From NCBI RefSeq assembly GCF_963921235.1, contig NC_086106.1, positions 27,032,001 through 27,096,000 of the forward strand: DNA of 64,000 nucleotides, read 5' to 3'. Shown piece by piece: positions 62,188 through 64,000 of this stretch (its first letter is position 1; the number at the start of each line of letters is the position of its first letter). The DNA comes from Mobula hypostoma (taxonomy: Eukaryota). The notes under the pieces were generated by a model that was given only the letters and a program-made list of their open reading frames with translations, did not search any database and was not told where the DNA came from. The translations under genes and the position numbers were made by a program.

Positions 62188-63585
62188 ATCCTAACGTCGG
62201 TAGTGGGGAAACTGCTGGAGTCAGTTATCAAGGATGTGATAACAGCACATTTGGAAAGCGCTGAAATGATCGGACAAAGTCAGCATGGATTTATGAAAGG
62301 AAAATCATGTCTGACGAATCTCATAGAATTTTTTGAGGATGTAACTAGTAGAGTGGATAGGGGAGAACCAGTGGATGTGGTATATTTGGATTTTCAAAAG
62401 GCTTTTGACAAGGTCCCACACAGGAGATTAGTGTGCAAACTTAAAGCACACGGTATTGGGGCTAAGGTATTGGTGTGGGTGGAGAATTGGTTAGCAGACA
62501 GGAAGCAAAGAGTGGGAATAAACGGGACCTTTTCAGAATGGCAGGCGGTGACTAGTGGGGTACTGCAAGGCTCAGTGCTGGGACCCCAGTTGTTTACAAT
62601 ATATATTAATGACTTGGATGAGGGAATTAAAAATGCAGCATCTCCAAGTTTGCGGATGACACGAAGCTGGGTGGCAGTGTTAGCAGTGAGGAGGATGCTA
62701 AGAGGATGCAGGGTGACTTGGATAGGTTGGGTGAGTGGGCAAACTCATGGCAGATGCAATTTAATGTGGATAAATGTGAAGTTATCCACTTTGGTGGCAA
62801 AAATAGGAAAACAGATTATTATCTGAATGGTGGCCGATTAGGAAAAGGGGAGGTGCAACGAGACCTGGGTGTCATTATACACCAGTCATTGAAAGTGGGC
62901 ATGCAGGTACAGCAGGCGGTGAAAAAGGCGAATGGTATGCTGGCATTTATAGCGAGAGGATTCGAGTACAGGAGCAGGGAGGTACTACTGCAGTTGTACA
63001 AGGCCTTGGTGAGACCACACCTGGAGTATTGGGTGCAGTTTTGGTCTCCTAATCTGAGGAAAGACATCTTTGCCATAGAGGGAGTACAAAGAAGGTTCAC
63101 CAGATTGATTCCTGGATGGCAGGACTTTCATATGAAGAAAGACTGGATGAACTGGGCTTGTACTCGTTGGAATTTAGAAGATTGAGGGGGGATCTGATTG
63201 AAACGTATAAGATCCTGAAGGGATTGGACAGGCTAGATGCAGGAAGATTGTTCCCGATGTTGGGGAAGTCCAGAACGAGGGGCCACAGTTTGAGGATAGA
63301 GGGGAAGCCTTTTAGGACCGAGATTAGGAAAAACTTCTTCACACAGAGAGTGGTGAATCTGTGGAATTCTCTGCCACAGGAAACAGTTGAGGCCAGTTCA
63401 TTGGCTATGTTTAAGAGGGAGTTGGATATGGCCCTTGTGGCTACAGGGGTCAGGGTGTATGGAGGGAAGGCTGGGGCGGGGTTCTGAGTTGGATGATCAG
63501 CCATGATCATAATAAATGGCGGTGCAGGCTCGAAGGGCCGAATGGCCTACTCCTGCACCTATTTTCTATGTTTCTATGTTTCTAA
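62188..63585 (+). mobile_element. 5'-truncated CR1 LINE (RT half) with few lesions
   Basis: [54 protein letters not shown] motifs; (TATGTTTC)n tail. Confidence 0.92.
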
Positions 63586-63729
63586 TATCCTTTTAATTGG
63601 TTGATCTTTGTACGAAACTTAGCTTTTCCAACTCTATCCACAAAGTAATATACCGTTGGGATTGGATACATATCGGTTTATGTTACAGCATTTACCTTTG
63701 TATAATCTGTACAAAACGAATACTACCTT

Positions 63730-63963
63730 CTGGCGTCATAGGAAGTCATTCCTGCCTGTGGCCATCAAACTTTACAGCTCCTCCCTTGAAGGGTCAGACA
63801 CCCTGAGCCAATAGGCTGATACTGGACTTATTTCCTGGCATAATTTACATTTTATTATTTAATTATTTATGGTTGTATTACTATTTAATTATTTATGGAG
63901 CAACTATAACGAAAACCAATTTTACCCTGGGATCAATAAAGTATGACCATGACTATGACTATG
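63730..63963 (+). mobile_element. Rex-Babar-like LINE 3' end
   Basis: Homologous to 16270-16484, with an AATAAA(GACTAT)n-type tail. Confidence 0.85.
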
Positions 63964-64000
63964 AATATCACCATGGTTTGGTCACCAAGACTCAAGGTGA

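Overview
Repeat-rich vertebrate genomic DNA, almost certainly from a cartilaginous fish (the repeat families suggest a ray; this is inference). The core content is three tandem, same-orientation (+) antigen-receptor cassettes at ~10.5-13.7 kb, ~23.4-26.5 kb and ~53.7-56.9 kb. Each is built as leader exon - IgNAR-like V (22-bp-spacer RSS) - one 16-nt D (12/12 RSS) - J (23 RSS) - 1.4 kb intron - leaderless TCR-type V (23 RSS). This matches the doubly rearranging NAR-TCR cassette known from the nurse shark TCR-delta locus. All three cassettes look intact (open frames, splice sites, RSSs). No constant exon and no TCR-delta D/J lie in the window. The most unusual detail is a second, near-consensus orphan 23-RSS 61 bp downstream of each supporting V's own RSS, separated from the V by an in-frame stop. 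The cassettes sit in diverged segmental duplications with mosaic ancestry. The rest is CR1, Rex-Babar-like and Penelope-like retroelements, SINEs, a young internally deleted Gmr1-like LTR element with a 4-bp TSD, an older decayed Gmr1-like element, a solo LTR, a GPR139-like pseudogene fragment, and an unexplained decayed coding-like stretch at ~1.2-5.3 kb. All sequence comparisons were done by eye; no database searches were run.
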